From assembly GCF_009914755.1 (NCBI RefSeq), contig NC_060939.1: 64,000 nucleotides of DNA; one strand, 5' to 3'. The notes below the pieces were generated by a model. That model was not told the origin of the DNA. It saw only the letters and a program-made list of their open reading frames with translations, and did no database searches. The stretch comes from the human T2T-CHM13v2.0 reference genome, Homo sapiens. Position 1 is the stretch's first letter, and each line of letters begins with the position of its first letter. Shown piece by piece: positions 62,240 through 64,000 of this stretch. A program made the position numbers and the translations under genes.

Positions 62240-62420
62240 CTTAGCTGGGCATTGTGGTTGTGGCGTGTTCCTGTAGTCCCAGCTACTCAGGAGGCTGAGG
62301 TGGGAGGATCGCTTGAGCCCAGGAGTTTGAGGCTACAGTGAGCTGTGATTGTGCCACTGCCCTCCAGTCTGGCACCTGAGTGAGACCCTGTCTCAAAATT
62401 AATTAAATTAAATTAAAATA
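62240..62420 (+). mobile_element. Alu right monomer (FRAM/AluJ)
   Basis: ttagctgggc..cctgtagtcccagctactc..ggaggatcgcttgagcccagg. Confidence 0.82.
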
Positions 62421-63139
62421 TTTACATAAAATTATTTCCTTAATTTTTTTCTTTTAAAGGAGGGTTATTTTTCTTTTTAAATTATTTGTTTTGAAAATTA
62501 AAATTTCATTTTTAAAATTTAGCAACAGTGTGTATGGGGTGGTCATGGCTGGTGTAGGTTTTTAAAAATTTCCACGGGCTCCTTGCTCCTGAAGAAGTGA
62601 GTGAAAGTTTGTGGGGGTTTCTGCCTTCTGCAGACATCTCACGGGTCGTGTGGATGAGGTGATAGTGCTGGACCCTCCTCCTTAGTCCTGTGGGATGTCA
62701 TACAGGGATGCATTGCTTTGACTGATGGAGCCCAGTCCCACAGAGGAGAACTGCCCTCCTCTGCTGCGGTGTGGGAGAAGGGGAGGTGAGGCATAGCCAG
62801 GCCTTGGAAGGTGACGATTCTGGGCAGGTAGCAGGTGCCAGGCAGAGTGAGTGACTGAAAAAGCTGGTGAAACAACCCAGCCGTTTGGAAACACCAGATT
62901 TTTCAAGGGGCCTGCTTTCTCACTTACAAAAGACCTCATAGGGCAGTGTGGATTTGATGAAATAAGACTGATAAAAGTTGTAACATGAATGTCTAGTACT
63001 TAATTAATTTTAGATAAATGGTATGAGTTATATGAGAGCAAATATATTGAGTTGTTGAAATTATTGAGAATCATTTAGCTAAAAATTAGATTTTGCTAAA
63101 ATCTGTCTTCAAAAATCAGCCAAAATATGTGTTGGATAT

Positions 63140-63806
<667 letters not shown>

Positions 63807-64000
63807 GATCTCCAGGAACCTGATGACATGTGGATGCAGTCTCTTTCTCTCTTTCTTTTTAAAATAAAATAAATATATAAATGTAAATATATTTAGGAAA
63901 CTTTTAATCCCAAGACAATATGGTATATTCTTTACATGGAGGAAACAAGTTGGACTAGAAGGGAGAATGTTGCTGAATCATGTGGTCTTTTTATGAATAA

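Overview
Human genomic DNA (a human-specific pre-Ta L1HS is present), dominated by retrotransposons. No intact protein-coding gene, RNA gene or CRISPR array is evident. Main contents: (1) a three-layer L1 nest whose youngest member is a full-length but disabled ~6.15-kb L1PA3-like element (5343-11494, minus, 16-bp TSD) that retains the ZNF93-target 5'UTR segment and an extended antisense ORF0; (2) a twin-primed L1PA7-like element missing ~1.4 kb at its inversion; (3) a processed DUSP3 (VHR) pseudogene whose 3'UTR appears joined directly to the inter-ORF spacer of a co-oriented old L1, a candidate mRNA-L1 chimeric retrocopy; (4) a short twin-primed pre-Ta L1HS with a perfect 15-bp TSD; (5) many solo LTRs, Alus, MIR/L2 and DNA-transposon relics; (6) small templated or tandem duplications and two compact GC-rich candidate regulatory sites. 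L1s and LTRs are strongly biased to the minus strand, which hints at a plus-strand host transcription unit. Repeat subfamily names and the DUSP3 3'UTR match come from recalled consensus sequences and need confirmation by RepeatMasker/BLAST. I found no wholly new biological system; the DUSP3-L1 junction is the best candidate for something undescribed.
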